The notes below the pieces were generated by a model, which was not told the origin of the DNA, ran no database searches, and worked only from the letters and a program-made list of their open reading frames with translations. Both the position numbers and the translations under genes were made by a program. 64,000 nucleotides of DNA from Methyloprofundus sp. (lineage in GTDB: Bacteria; Pseudomonadota; Gammaproteobacteria; Methylococcales; Methylomonadaceae): NCBI GenBank assembly GCA_028599115.1, contig JAQRMR010000099.1:14197-78196 (forward strand), read 5' to 3'. This document shows positions 1 through 8,206 of this stretch, one piece after another (positions within the stretch are counted from its first letter, which is position 1; the number at the start of each line of letters is the position of its first letter).

Positions 1-16
1 CGTACCTCACCGCATC
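1..16 (-). repeat. Fragment of a GTAGG-type REP (CGTACCTCACCGCATC), cut by the window edge
   Basis: The reverse complement GATGCGGTGAGGTACG resembles the GTAGGATG-type REP arm at 6626. The terminal CCTAC is absent. Family assignment is from memory. Confidence 0.35.
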
Positions 17-21
17 ATGCT

Positions 22-95
22 CTCGTTCCCACCGTCCTCGGTGGGAATGCATACTGTACATCCATCAAGATCGGTATGCATTCCACGCGGGAACG
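22..95. repeat. REP doublet (REPIN-like), right arm partly deleted
   Basis: Hairpin TTCCCACCG-tcct-CGGTGGGAA (26-47), plus the inverted pair GGAATGCATAC (44-54) / GTATGCATTCC (74-84). Confidence 0.7.
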
Positions 96-130
96 CGTTA
101 AATTAAAAACATCCGCTGTTATAACTTATT

Positions 131-152
131 TAATCGTGGTCCGTCCCCTATT
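131..152 (+). repeat. Solo end motif related to the terminal repeat of the HUH-transposase element at 62485-63244
   Basis: TAATCGTGGTCCGTCCCCTATT shares the CGTCCCCT core and spacing with the right TIR AAAAGGGTAGCGTCCCCTTTAA. Confidence 0.45.
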
Positions 153-154
153 GT

Positions 155-224
155 TATTTGGTTGAGCTACCTTGCCAGAGCGGGACTTTCACCCGCTGGA
201 ATTATCGACCTTGCTCGGCCGCAC
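155..224 (-). mobile_element. 5' fragment (~70 nt) of a group II intron
   Basis: The minus strand reads GTGCGGCCGAGCAAGGTCGATAATTCCAGCGGGTGAAAGTCCCGCTCTGGCAAGG. It has a GUGYG 5' splice consensus followed by domain-I-like stems (CCAG-CGGG/TGAAAGT/CCCG-CTGG). No RT ORF and no remainder of the intron. Confidence 0.7.
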
Positions 225-226
225 AC

Positions 227-246
227 CCTTTGATTTTTCGTTAGGC
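227..246 (+). mobile_element. Right arm (L'-R') of an integron attC site; R' GTTAGGC overlaps the higA stop codon
   Basis: CTTTGAT-TTTTC-GTTAGGC (228-246) matches L'-5 bp-GTTRRRY and is exactly complementary to GCCTAAC at 873-879. Confidence 0.6.
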
Positions 247-546
247 TATTTGTGGAGGATTCAAATGGTAAGGCTCAACTTTCAATAAAGCTGTTTTTTG
301 CCTTGAATTCCAAAGGTCATATGCATTTTGTAAGCGGAGCCAATGTTCTGCGGATGGTTTTTCAAAAACTAATTCAAGCCTTAATGCCATTTCTGGTGTT
401 ACAGAACCTCTAGCATTTAATACTTTTGAAAGTGTTTTACGACTTACATTTAAATGCTTAGAAACGTCTGTAATTGTTAGCTCTAAAGGCTCAATTAAAA
501 GATCTTTTATAATTTCCCCTGGATGTGCAGGATTATGAATACTCAT
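241..546 (-). CDS. higA: HigA-family antitoxin (XRE HTH)
   Basis: HPGE motif, HTH, WLRLQNAYDL C-terminal motif; TAATG overlap with the upstream toxin. Confidence 0.92.
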   Translation of the reverse strand: MSIHNPAHPGEIIKDLLIEPLELTITDVSKHLNVSRKTLSKVLNARGSVTPEMALRLELVFEKPSAEHWLRLQNAYDLWNSRQKTALLKVEPYHLNPPQIA

Positions 547-824
547 TAGTGGTAATCCTCATAATTGACTATTTCAGTATTTCGACCTTTAAATCGAAAC
601 GTAACTCTCCAGTTTCCACTGACCCACACAGACCATATTCCCTTACGGTTACCTGTTAATTCATGTAACCGTAACCCTGGTAAATCCATATCATCAGAAC
701 ACTCGGCTTGATCTAAGTTTGAAAGTATTAAACTTAAACGCTTTGCATGGTTGGCTTGAATTCCAACCTTACTACCATTTTTATAAAACTTGGCTAACCC
801 TTTGTGAATAAAACTTAAAACCAT
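546..824 (-). CDS. higB: HigB-family (RelE-like) toxin
   Basis: F-x-HKGL start, LHELTGNRKGIWSVWVSGNWRVTFRF and EDYH C-terminus; toxin-before-antitoxin order. Confidence 0.92.
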   Translation of the reverse strand: MVLSFIHKGLAKFYKNGSKVGIQANHAKRLSLILSNLDQAECSDDMDLPGLRLHELTGNRKGIWSVWVSGNWRVTFRFKGRNTEIVNYEDYH

Positions 825-829
825 TATTC

Positions 830-857
830 ATTGTAACCTAGAAGGTATCTGTGTCAA
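830..857 (-). promoter_or_regulatory. Sigma70 promoter of higBA, probably near-leaderless
   Basis: TTGACA (857-852), 16 bp, TACAAT (835-830), then only 5 nt to the ATG at 824. A second TTGACA lies directly upstream. Confidence 0.6.
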
Positions 858-872
858 TGTCAATTCTTTTTT

Positions 873-930
873 GCCTAACGATCACATCACTTGACGTAAA
901 AAAAAGGGGGGGCATCGCAAAAAATGTCAA
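873..930 (+). mobile_element. attC site lacking its L'-R' arm
   Basis: R'' GCCTAAC (873-879), 5-bp spacer, L''-like CATCACTT with C at position 4 (885-892), inner stem TTGACGT (891-897) / ATGTCAA (924-930). The expected L'/R' is replaced. Confidence 0.6.
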
Positions 931-952
931 AAATCAAGCTGGCTGACCCCTT
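931..952 (+). repeat. Possible second solo end motif (AAATCAAGCTGGCTGACCCCTT)
   Basis: Starts exactly where the attC breaks off. Shares only AATC and CCCCT with the motif at 131-152. Confidence 0.3.
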
Positions 953-1016
953 GAACGTATTATTGGGTTTTTAGCGTGATAACCATACATTGTTTTTTAT
1001 GCGTATACCTTTAAGA

Positions 1017-1029
1017 TTACCCACCCTAC
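1017..1029 (-). repeat. GTAGG-type REP end fragment
   Basis: TTACCCACCCTAC is the reverse complement of GTAGGGTGGGTAA, similar to the REP ends at 6626 and 62362. Confidence 0.4.
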
Positions 1030-1164
1030 AGGGCTAAATAAATAAAGGAGTGCCTGCTTTTTAAACGCACAATGTCCTCATCAACCCTATGTAATATAAG
1101 CTTCGACGACTGCTTATGGATTTTTTAATAAAATCTAGCAAGCCATTAACGTCTGTTCCACTTC

Positions 1165-2940
1165 CTAGGCCGCTCTGCCAGTTTGCTTATTAACAGGCAC
1201 TATACGCTGATTAACAAAACAACTATTTCCTTTTATGAGTTTAGCTTGATGTTTAGCTTGAGCCGCTAAATCTGATATTTCCATATAATTAACACAACTT
1301 GCAATGGCATTCGGAGGCACAGCGCCAATCGACAAACTTAATATAGGGAAAAAACAAGCATTCCCTTGTCGGTCATAGCCTGAAATTCCTTTATTATTTT
1401 GATGTTCCTCACTATATAATTCAAGAGCTTCTGTTTCAAAATCTTTCAAAATACAATGACAAATAGCTTGCCAGTTTGGATCTGTAAAAATAACAATAAA
1501 ATCATCGCCGCCAATATGTCCAAGCAAATCAATTTGTTTAGTCGTCCACTTATTTAATAATTTGGCGACTATTTTAATGACCTCATCTCCCTTTGCATAT
1601 CCATATTCATCATTAAATGGTTTAAAGTGATCCAAATCAAAAAAGGCCACCGAAAAGGGGTTTCCTTGGCTTAGCAATAGGCTCATTTTTTCATTAATCG
1701 GCGGCGCACCAGGCAATAAGGTCAATGGATTGGTGTACTTAGCACTCTTTATTTGCTGTTTAGTAATCTCAGCCAATAAATCCATTAAAGTTCCCACTCC
1801 CTTATACTGGCCATTATCAGTAATAGCAAAAGCTGGCATTAATTGATAATGAGCCGTTAATTGCTTACTCACATCCTCTAGTGGACTGTTTGCTTCGAAA
1901 CTTAAGACACGCTGCGTCATAAACTGGCTAATTTCTTTTTTTCCATAAAGATCCAAACCATACTGACTTGCAAATAATTTAGTTAAAAACTGCTCCTTAG
2001 AAACGATACCACAACAAACACCCGCTTTTGTGACCATAGGTAAAAACTGTCTAGCTTCCTGCTTTCTATACAGGCCAAGCACATCAAAAACCAGCATATC
2101 CGGACTAATGGTTAAATATTGCTTTTGTATGCTCACAACCTGCAACGATACATCCTTTGCTTGTATTTTATTCATCCTAAACGAAGACTTAAATAGCTTT
2201 TTTTCAATATGCGTTTTAGGCTTTGTTTCTGGGCGGGCAAAATAATATCCCTGTGCAAAAGCGATACCTAACTCATCAATGACTAGGAATTCCGCTTCGG
2301 TTTCTATTCCTTCGGCAATAACCTGGCAATTACTTGCAATGGCCATGGCTTGAATAGAGCGAACAAAGTCTAACTTCACTTTGTCCTTATCTATATCTTG
2401 AATAAAATGCCGATCTATCTTAACAAAATCTGGCATTAATTCTGTCCAAACACGTAAGCTCGAATAACCCGCGCCTAAATCATCTAACGCAATTTGAAAG
2501 CCCATCCCTCGGTAATGTTCTACTGCGCTACGCATTAGACCGTAATCTTCAATCGCTTGTTGCTCCGTTATCTCAATCACAACGGATTCTGGAGCAATAC
2601 CCATTTCTTCCAAAAAGCGTAAGGTTTTTCCCGATTTAAAATCAGGATGCAACAAAACATGTGGGCTTACATTCAGAAATAATTTATGGGGCAAATTTAA
2701 CGCTGCATACTCTCGAATGCTAGTATGCCGACAAGCATGCTCAAGCTGCACTGATAAATCACACTGTTCCGCAGCAGCAAATAAATTAAAGGGGTTATGT
2801 AGCGGGGAAGCTGAAGGCCCTCTAATCAAAGCTTCAAAAGAAAAAATAGTCTGCGATGCTAGGGAAATAATCGGCTGAAAACGTGAGCTTAATTTCTCAT
2901 TTTCAATAATATCAAGCAGCTCTGATTTTAAAGTATTCAT
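1165..2940 (-). CDS. EAL-CBS-GGDEF c-di-GMP phosphodiesterase/diguanylate cyclase
   Basis: EAL, NVS, EITE, DDLGAGYSSL, KID and EGIE motifs intact; central CBS-like pair; C-terminal DLDHFK..ND..G and GGDDF. Confidence 0.9.
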   Translation of the reverse strand: MNTLKSELLDIIENEKLSSRFQPIISLASQTIFSFEALIRGPSASPLHNPFNLFAAAEQCDLSVQLEHACRHTSIREYAALNLPHKLFLNVSPHVLLHPDFKSGKTLRFLEEMGIAPESVVIEITEQQAIEDYGLMRSAVEHYRGMGFQIALDDLGAGYSSLRVWTELMPDFVKIDRHFIQDIDKDKVKLDFVRSIQAMAIASNCQVIAEGIETEAEFLVIDELGIAFAQGYYFARPETKPKTHIEKKLFKSSFRMNKIQAKDVSLQVVSIQKQYLTISPDMLVFDVLGLYRKQEARQFLPMVTKAGVCCGIVSKEQFLTKLFASQYGLDLYGKKEISQFMTQRVLSFEANSPLEDVSKQLTAHYQLMPAFAITDNGQYKGVGTLMDLLAEITKQQIKSAKYTNPLTLLPGAPPINEKMSLLLSQGNPFSVAFFDLDHFKPFNDEYGYAKGDEVIKIVAKLLNKWTTKQIDLLGHIGGDDFIVIFTDPNWQAICHCILKDFETEALELYSEEHQNNKGISGYDRQGNACFFPILSLSIGAVPPNAIASCVNYMEISDLAAQAKHQAKLIKGNSCFVNQRIVPVNKQTGRAA

Positions 2941-2967
2941 TATTTTAATATCCTGCTAACAAAAAAT

Positions 2968-3654
2968 TTATGTCGCATCTACCTTAGGTTTGCTCATCGT
3001 ACCGCCTACTCTTGCATAATGCATAAGTACTCCAATACTTAAGGCTCTATCTGCGATTTTTTCTAAGCGACGCAAAGCCGACATCACGCCTTGATATTCT
3101 CGTGATAGTTCTATATTTTCATTAAGCTCGCTCAATAAACTTTTTTCAATCATTTGATAAAGTTCATCATTCTTATCCTCTTCTAAAACAACCTTTTTAT
3201 AAAGGCTATTGACGACTTCCTTGTCATCCTCGTCAAGTAATGCAATTGCATTTTTCACCGCTTTTACACAAGTTTTTTGCAAAGGAATCGCATATTCTAA
3301 AATACTGTTTTGATCCATATCGCCCGATAAAACAATAGGTAAGTCACGTACAAATGAACGACAACTATTCTCAATACGATCAAACTCATTAGTAACTTTT
3401 AAAAAAGCCACTAACTGCCTTAAATCTCTTGCTTCTGGCGAATATAATGCGCACACATTAATAATTTGATTATCAATTTCAGCTATTTTTTCACGCCAAG
3501 TTTTTTTAGAGTAAAGCTCGATACTCGATATTTTCGAAATTTCCCCCTTTTCTAAGGTACTTAAAATATCACTATTCACTTGTAGAACATGTCCACCTAA
3601 GTCAACCATATCTTGTTGAATTTTATTTAACTTTTCCATTTCTATTGGTAGCAT
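2968..3654 (-). CDS. phoU: Phosphate signalling/transport regulator PhoU
   Basis: Two PhoU repeats (EIDN..PEARDLR..EFDRI; DDELY..LEKIADRA); follows pstB with a TAATG overlap. Confidence 0.9.
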   Translation of the reverse strand: MLPIEMEKLNKIQQDMVDLGGHVLQVNSDILSTLEKGEISKISSIELYSKKTWREKIAEIDNQIINVCALYSPEARDLRQLVAFLKVTNEFDRIENSCRSFVRDLPIVLSGDMDQNSILEYAIPLQKTCVKAVKNAIALLDEDDKEVVNSLYKKVVLEEDKNDELYQMIEKSLLSELNENIELSREYQGVMSALRRLEKIADRALSIGVLMHYARVGGTMSKPKVDAT

Positions 3655-4427
3655 TAGCCAAATCTCCCGGTAATATAATCTTCAGTCTTTTTTTCTACTG
3701 GATTAATAAAAATTGTTTCCGTTTCCGCGTATTCAATTAAATCGCCCATGTGAAAAAAAGCAGTCATATCCGCTACACGCCCTGCTTGCTGCATGTTATG
3801 CGTCACAATAATAATCGTGTATTGCTTTTTCAGCTCTAACATCAGCGCTTCAATCTTTTCTGTTGAAATAGGGTCTAACGCTGATGTAGGCTCATCCATC
3901 AAAATAATATCGGGTTGTACCGCAATGGTACGAGCGATACAGAGCCTTTGTTGCTGCCCACCTGATAATGAAGTACCCGGATCAGATAGTTTGTACTTAA
4001 CCTCTTCCCATAAACCTGCTTGAATCAATGATTTTTCTACCAACTCATCACAAGCAACCGAACCTTTTTTAACCAAACCATGCTTTATCGGCGCATAAGA
4101 AATATTTTCATAGATGGATTTTGGAAAGGGGTTAGGCTGCTGAAATACCATACCGACGCGTTTACGCACCGCGACTTCATCAACATCTTTGTCGTAAATA
4201 TTTTTTTGATCAATAACCACTTCACCATCAACTTTTACGCTGGTGATTAGGTCATTCATACGGTTAAGGCAACGCAAAAAAGTAGATTTTCCACAACCTG
4301 ACGGTCCAATTAATGCGGTAATTTTATTTTCTTGAATGGCCATATCAATGCCATGCAAGGCATGGTTATCGCCATAATATAGGTTTAAATCACGAACCTG
4401 AATTTTAGTGTTATTTTTTTGACTCAT
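3654..4427 (-). CDS. pstB: Phosphate ABC transporter ATPase
   Basis: [49 protein letters not shown]. Confidence 0.97.
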   Translation of the reverse strand: MSQKNNTKIQVRDLNLYYGDNHALHGIDMAIQENKITALIGPSGCGKSTFLRCLNRMNDLITSVKVDGEVVIDQKNIYDKDVDEVAVRKRVGMVFQQPNPFPKSIYENISYAPIKHGLVKKGSVACDELVEKSLIQAGLWEEVKYKLSDPGTSLSGGQQQRLCIARTIAVQPDIILMDEPTSALDPISTEKIEALMLELKKQYTIIIVTHNMQQAGRVADMTAFFHMGDLIEYAETETIFINPVEKKTEDYITGRFG

Positions 4428-5609
4428 TTACCACTTAACCTCAAATTTCTTTCTTAAATAAATTGCGAGTGTATTGAATGCAATTAACACACTGATCAAC
4501 AACATAATACCTGCTGCTGTTCGCTCTATATACGCTCTTTCTGGCATACCCGCCCAGGTAAATAATTGCGCTGGCATAACGGTAGCTGCTTCAAAAATCG
4601 ACGTCGGTGTATCGGGAATAAAAGCGATCATACCAATAATAATTAACGGCGCTGTTTCGCCCATCGCATGTGCTAAACCGATAATAGATCCCGTCATAAT
4701 CCCAGGAAAAGCTAAGGGTAAAACATGATCTTGCACCACTTGTATTTTTGTTAAGCCCAAGCCATAGCCTGCTTGACGAATACTATCGGGCACACTACGT
4801 AATGCCGCTCTGGAGCTAACAATAATAACCGGTAAGGTCATTAACGCTAAGGTTAATCCACCCACTAAAGGTGAACTGCGTGGCATACCAAACAAGCTAA
4901 TAAACACAGCCAAGCCTAATAAACCAAAAAGAATGGAAGGGATAGCAGCTAGGTTATTAATATTGACTTCAATCAGCTGCGTCCAGCGATTATCATCAGC
5001 AAACTCTTCTAAGTACACAGCCGTCATAACACCGAGGGGAAAGGCAACAACCATCATTACAGTAAGCGTTAAAATTGAGCCGACAACGGCTGATTTAAAA
5101 CCTGAATTTTCAGGAATTTTTGAATCACCATGAGTAAAAAATATTTCATTAAATTTTAGTTCAACTAAGCCATCTGCTTGCATCGCATCAACTAACTTAA
5201 TATTTTTTGCTTTAACTTTGTAATAGTGGCCTTTTAAATATTGATCAACTTGATGATTTAAAAGTACCCAACGTGTTTGCGTTGTATTCATTAGCGCCGG
5301 GTTATTTTCTACTTCTCTTGGAATTCCTCTTAGCCAAGAGCGGCTAACAATACGGCGATATTTTTTATCAATGGCTTTACGTGTTGATGCTAAACTTTTT
5401 TCATTATAAGCCACATCAATTTTTATATACGACTGCTGAAAAGCGGGCAAGCCTTTATAAACCATATCACCTAAGAAAAACACCAAAAAGCTAATAGCAA
5501 AGACAATGGATGTCAGCGTAAATAACTTAAAAGCTTGCGCACGCAAATGACGCTTAGTTAATGAAGCATCATAAAATGGATTATGCTCTGTACCTGTCTG
5601 CTGGGTCAT
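4428..5609 (-). CDS. pstA: Phosphate ABC transporter permease PstA
   Basis: NLAAIPSILFGLLGL, EAA-like loop, GETAPL. Confidence 0.93.
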   Translation of the reverse strand: MTQQTGTEHNPFYDASLTKRHLRAQAFKLFTLTSIVFAISFLVFFLGDMVYKGLPAFQQSYIKIDVAYNEKSLASTRKAIDKKYRRIVSRSWLRGIPREVENNPALMNTTQTRWVLLNHQVDQYLKGHYYKVKAKNIKLVDAMQADGLVELKFNEIFFTHGDSKIPENSGFKSAVVGSILTLTVMMVVAFPLGVMTAVYLEEFADDNRWTQLIEVNINNLAAIPSILFGLLGLAVFISLFGMPRSSPLVGGLTLALMTLPVIIVSSRAALRSVPDSIRQAGYGLGLTKIQVVQDHVLPLAFPGIMTGSIIGLAHAMGETAPLIIIGMIAFIPDTPTSIFEAATVMPAQLFTWAGMPERAYIERTAAGIMLLISVLIAFNTLAIYLRKKFEVKW

Positions 5610-6535
5610 AAGGTGTTCACCTTGTATTTTTCTTTAAATTTACGAATTAAGCTCAGCGATATCACATTTAAAACCAATGTAACAACAAATAGAACCAACC
5701 CTAACGCAAAGGCAGAAAGCGTATCAGGTGAATTAAATTCATTATCGCCCACTAAAGCATCCACAATGCGCACGGTAACTGTGGTCATATCTTCCAGTGG
5801 ATTCCATGTCATATTCGGACGCAAGCCAGCTGCCATCACCACAATCATCGTCTCCCCTAAGGCTTTTGATAGCCCTAAAATAGCGGCAGAAATAATGCCG
5901 GGTAAAGCAGAAGGCAGTACGATATGCAGAATAGTTTCCCCTTCTGTCATCCCTAAGCCTAAAGATGCTTTACGCTGAGAATCAGGAACAGCACGGATCA
6001 CATCATCACTGAGTGATGAAATAACCGGAATAATCATAATGCCCATCACAATGCCACTAGCTAATGCACTGTTAAATGAAGCTTGAATGCCTAAAGAAGC
6101 AAAGAAATTAACAATCGCAGGAGCAACGGTAATCGCAGCAAAGAAGCCATAAACAACAGTCGGTATTCCCGCTAATATTTCTAATAAAGGTTTTAATTTA
6201 TCGCGCCAAAAAGGTGAGGCATATTCACTTAAGAAAACAGCACTGCCTAAGCCTATGGGTAATGAAATCGCCATAGCGATCAAGGTAATCATAAAGGTAC
6301 CAGCAAAAATAGGTAATGCCCCAAATTTACTATTATCAACCCCTGGTGACCACTCAATGCCAGTTATGAAGTACCAAAAACTACGCATTTGAAAGAATTC
6401 GATTGCTTCAAATAAAATAGAAAAAAGAACGCCAAAAGTGGTTAATACCGAAACGGTGGCGGCACTAATTAAACAGAAATGAATAATCTGTTCTTTTAGA
6501 TTGTGATTCCTTTGTTTAAGCTCGAAAGGTTTCAA
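5606..6535 (-). CDS. pstC: Phosphate ABC transporter permease PstC
   Basis: LAGIPTVVYGFF, ALGETMIV. Start moved from the ORF-track 6583 to the in-frame TTG at 6535, which follows AGGA. Confidence 0.92.
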   Translation of the reverse strand: MKPFELKQRNHNLKEQIIHFCLISAATVSVLTTFGVLFSILFEAIEFFQMRSFWYFITGIEWSPGVDNSKFGALPIFAGTFMITLIAMAISLPIGLGSAVFLSEYASPFWRDKLKPLLEILAGIPTVVYGFFAAITVAPAIVNFFASLGIQASFNSALASGIVMGIMIIPVISSLSDDVIRAVPDSQRKASLGLGMTEGETILHIVLPSALPGIISAAILGLSKALGETMIVVMAAGLRPNMTWNPLEDMTTVTVRIVDALVGDNEFNSPDTLSAFALGLVLFVVTLVLNVISLSLIRKFKEKYKVNTL

Positions 6536-6625
6536 AATGTATCCTATATAAAGTCGCTGTATTAAAAGGCTCGTATTACGCAATATTGATATTGCCCTAG
6601 GTAAGCATTATTAAATTAACATTCT

Positions 6626-6729
6626 GTAGGATGGGTAGAGTGAAGTGCCTGATTTTTAGGCACGCAGTGAAACCCATCAATGCCATGAAAAACGATGGGT
6701 TTCGCAAAAAGACAATCTACCCATCCTAC
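6626..6729. repeat. REPIN (GTAGG-type REP doublet) between pstS and pstC
   Basis: Outer inverted repeat GTAGGATGGGTAGA / TCTACCCATCCTAC; inner GAAACCCATC / GATGGGTTTC. Confidence 0.85.
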
Positions 6730-6812
6730 AAAAATTCTTAATAAAAAATATTTAAGCTCCCCTACTAACTAATTTGTAAGAGCGTCTGAAAATAATGATT
6801 ATTACAAACACC

Positions 6813-6847
6813 AAAAGACTGAATAGACTCACGCCTATTCAGTCTTT
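6813..6847 (-). terminator. Intrinsic terminator/stability hairpin after pstS
   Basis: 13-bp stem AAAGACTGAATAG / CTATTCAGTCTTT. Confidence 0.7.
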
Positions 6848-6928
6848 CAATACGCTATACCAACCTGAGATATTAATGGGGAAATTAAACCCAAGGCCAG
6901 CATAGCTTGTTGTAAAAATATGAACGAG

Positions 6929-7996
6929 TTATTTTTTAGTTAAATCGTCTAGTGTTAATTTTTTATGTTGCATAACGCCAGCTCTAATTGCTGCACGGCG
7001 TGCTTCAGGTAGAGCAATCAAACCAAGCTCACTTAAAAGGCCATCCGGGCCAATCATGTTTTCATTCATAAATAATTCAACATATTGATCAATCGCAGGT
7101 ACTGATGCTCTATGTGAGTTTTTTACATAAAAGAATAAAGAACGAGAAATCGGATATGCGCCACTCGAAATAGTATCCGGAGTCGGTAAAACACCTTCAA
7201 CTGTTGCCGCGCTCACTTTGTCATCATTTTCCATTAGGAAGCTGTAACCAAAAATACCAATAGCCGCTGGGTTTTTATCTAATTTTTGTACAATTAAGTT
7301 ATCATTTTCGCCAGACGGAACATAAACACCATCCTGTCTGATTTTATGATACTTTTTGTAAGCTTTATTTTTAACTTTATCAGCTTTATATAATGAAGTA
7401 TAAACGTCCATTTTTTTAGTCTGACCTTTCATGATCATATCTTCAAAAGCATCACGAGTACCTGAACTTGTTGGTGGTCCGTAAATGATAATTTCTCTAT
7501 CAGGTAAACTTGAATCAATTTGATTCCAGTTCTTATATTGGTTTCTAATGAGGCCAGATCCATCTTTAGCAGGTACTTCTTCAGCAACGGCTAAAAGCAA
7601 CTGTTTTTTAGTCACTTTTAAAGGCGCATTATTTTTATTTTGTGCAATGGCAATACCATCAAAACCAATCACTGCTTCCGTAATATCTGTTACACCATTT
7701 TCTGCACACATTTTGAATTCTTTCGTTTTCATGCGACGTGAAGCATTGGTAATATCAGGCGTATTTGCATCACCTCCCTTACAAAACAACTTCATTCCAC
7801 CACCTGAACCTGTAGATTCAACAATAGGTGTTGGGTTTTTAGTGGTTGCTCCAAACTCTTCAGCAACTGAGCTTGAAAAAGGGTAAACAGTTGAAGAACC
7901 CACAATTTTAATTTGTTCAGCTGCACTTGCAGTTACTGCTGCCACTGTAAGAACTGACCCTACAATCATTGGTAAGACAGGTGTCTTGAATATCAT
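6929..7996 (-). CDS. pstS: Phosphate ABC transporter substrate-binding protein
   Basis: GSSTV, STGSGGG, NASR, SSGTRDAFE and YPISRSLFFY motifs. The signal peptide starts at the ATG at 7996, not the ORF-track 8137. Confidence 0.93.
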   Translation of the reverse strand: MIFKTPVLPMIVGSVLTVAAVTASAAEQIKIVGSSTVYPFSSSVAEEFGATTKNPTPIVESTGSGGGMKLFCKGGDANTPDITNASRRMKTKEFKMCAENGVTDITEAVIGFDGIAIAQNKNNAPLKVTKKQLLLAVAEEVPAKDGSGLIRNQYKNWNQIDSSLPDREIIIYGPPTSSGTRDAFEDMIMKGQTKKMDVYTSLYKADKVKNKAYKKYHKIRQDGVYVPSGENDNLIVQKLDKNPAAIGIFGYSFLMENDDKVSAATVEGVLPTPDTISSGAYPISRSLFFYVKNSHRASVPAIDQYVELFMNENMIGPDGLLSELGLIALPEARRAAIRAGVMQHKKLTLDDLTKK

Positions 7997-8029
7997 TTTT
8001 ATTTCCAGTTTTGTATAAAATGAAACTGA

Positions 8030-8063
8030 AGTATAAAAAGTAAATGTGACAAGCTTGTGACAA
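8030..8063 (-). promoter_or_regulatory. Pho box and -10 of the pstS promoter
   Basis: Minus strand TTGTCAC-aagc-TTGTCAC (8063-8046; 11-bp period), then 10 nt, then TATACT (8035-8030). Confidence 0.85.
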
Positions 8064-8106
8064 ATGATGTTTTTTCTAAAATTAAAGATAAAAAAATTTT
8101 CTCTTT

Positions 8107-8124
8107 TTGTCACATAGCTGTCAC
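8107..8124 (+). promoter_or_regulatory. Pho box upstream of the PiT transporter
   Basis: TTGTCAC-atag-CTGTCAC on the + strand, 82 nt before the ATG at 8207. Confidence 0.75.
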
Positions 8125-8206
8125 ATTTGTAGACCACACCGTAATATTTGACTGATATAATAGATGTCGTTTTAGCAAATTAATTATTTCTTTATCGGAT
8201 ATATTT

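Noticed and set aside
105-135. dif/pdif (XerCD) site beside the TA module
   Set aside because: Only a loose ATAA..TTAT resemblance; no TTATGTTAAAT XerD arm.
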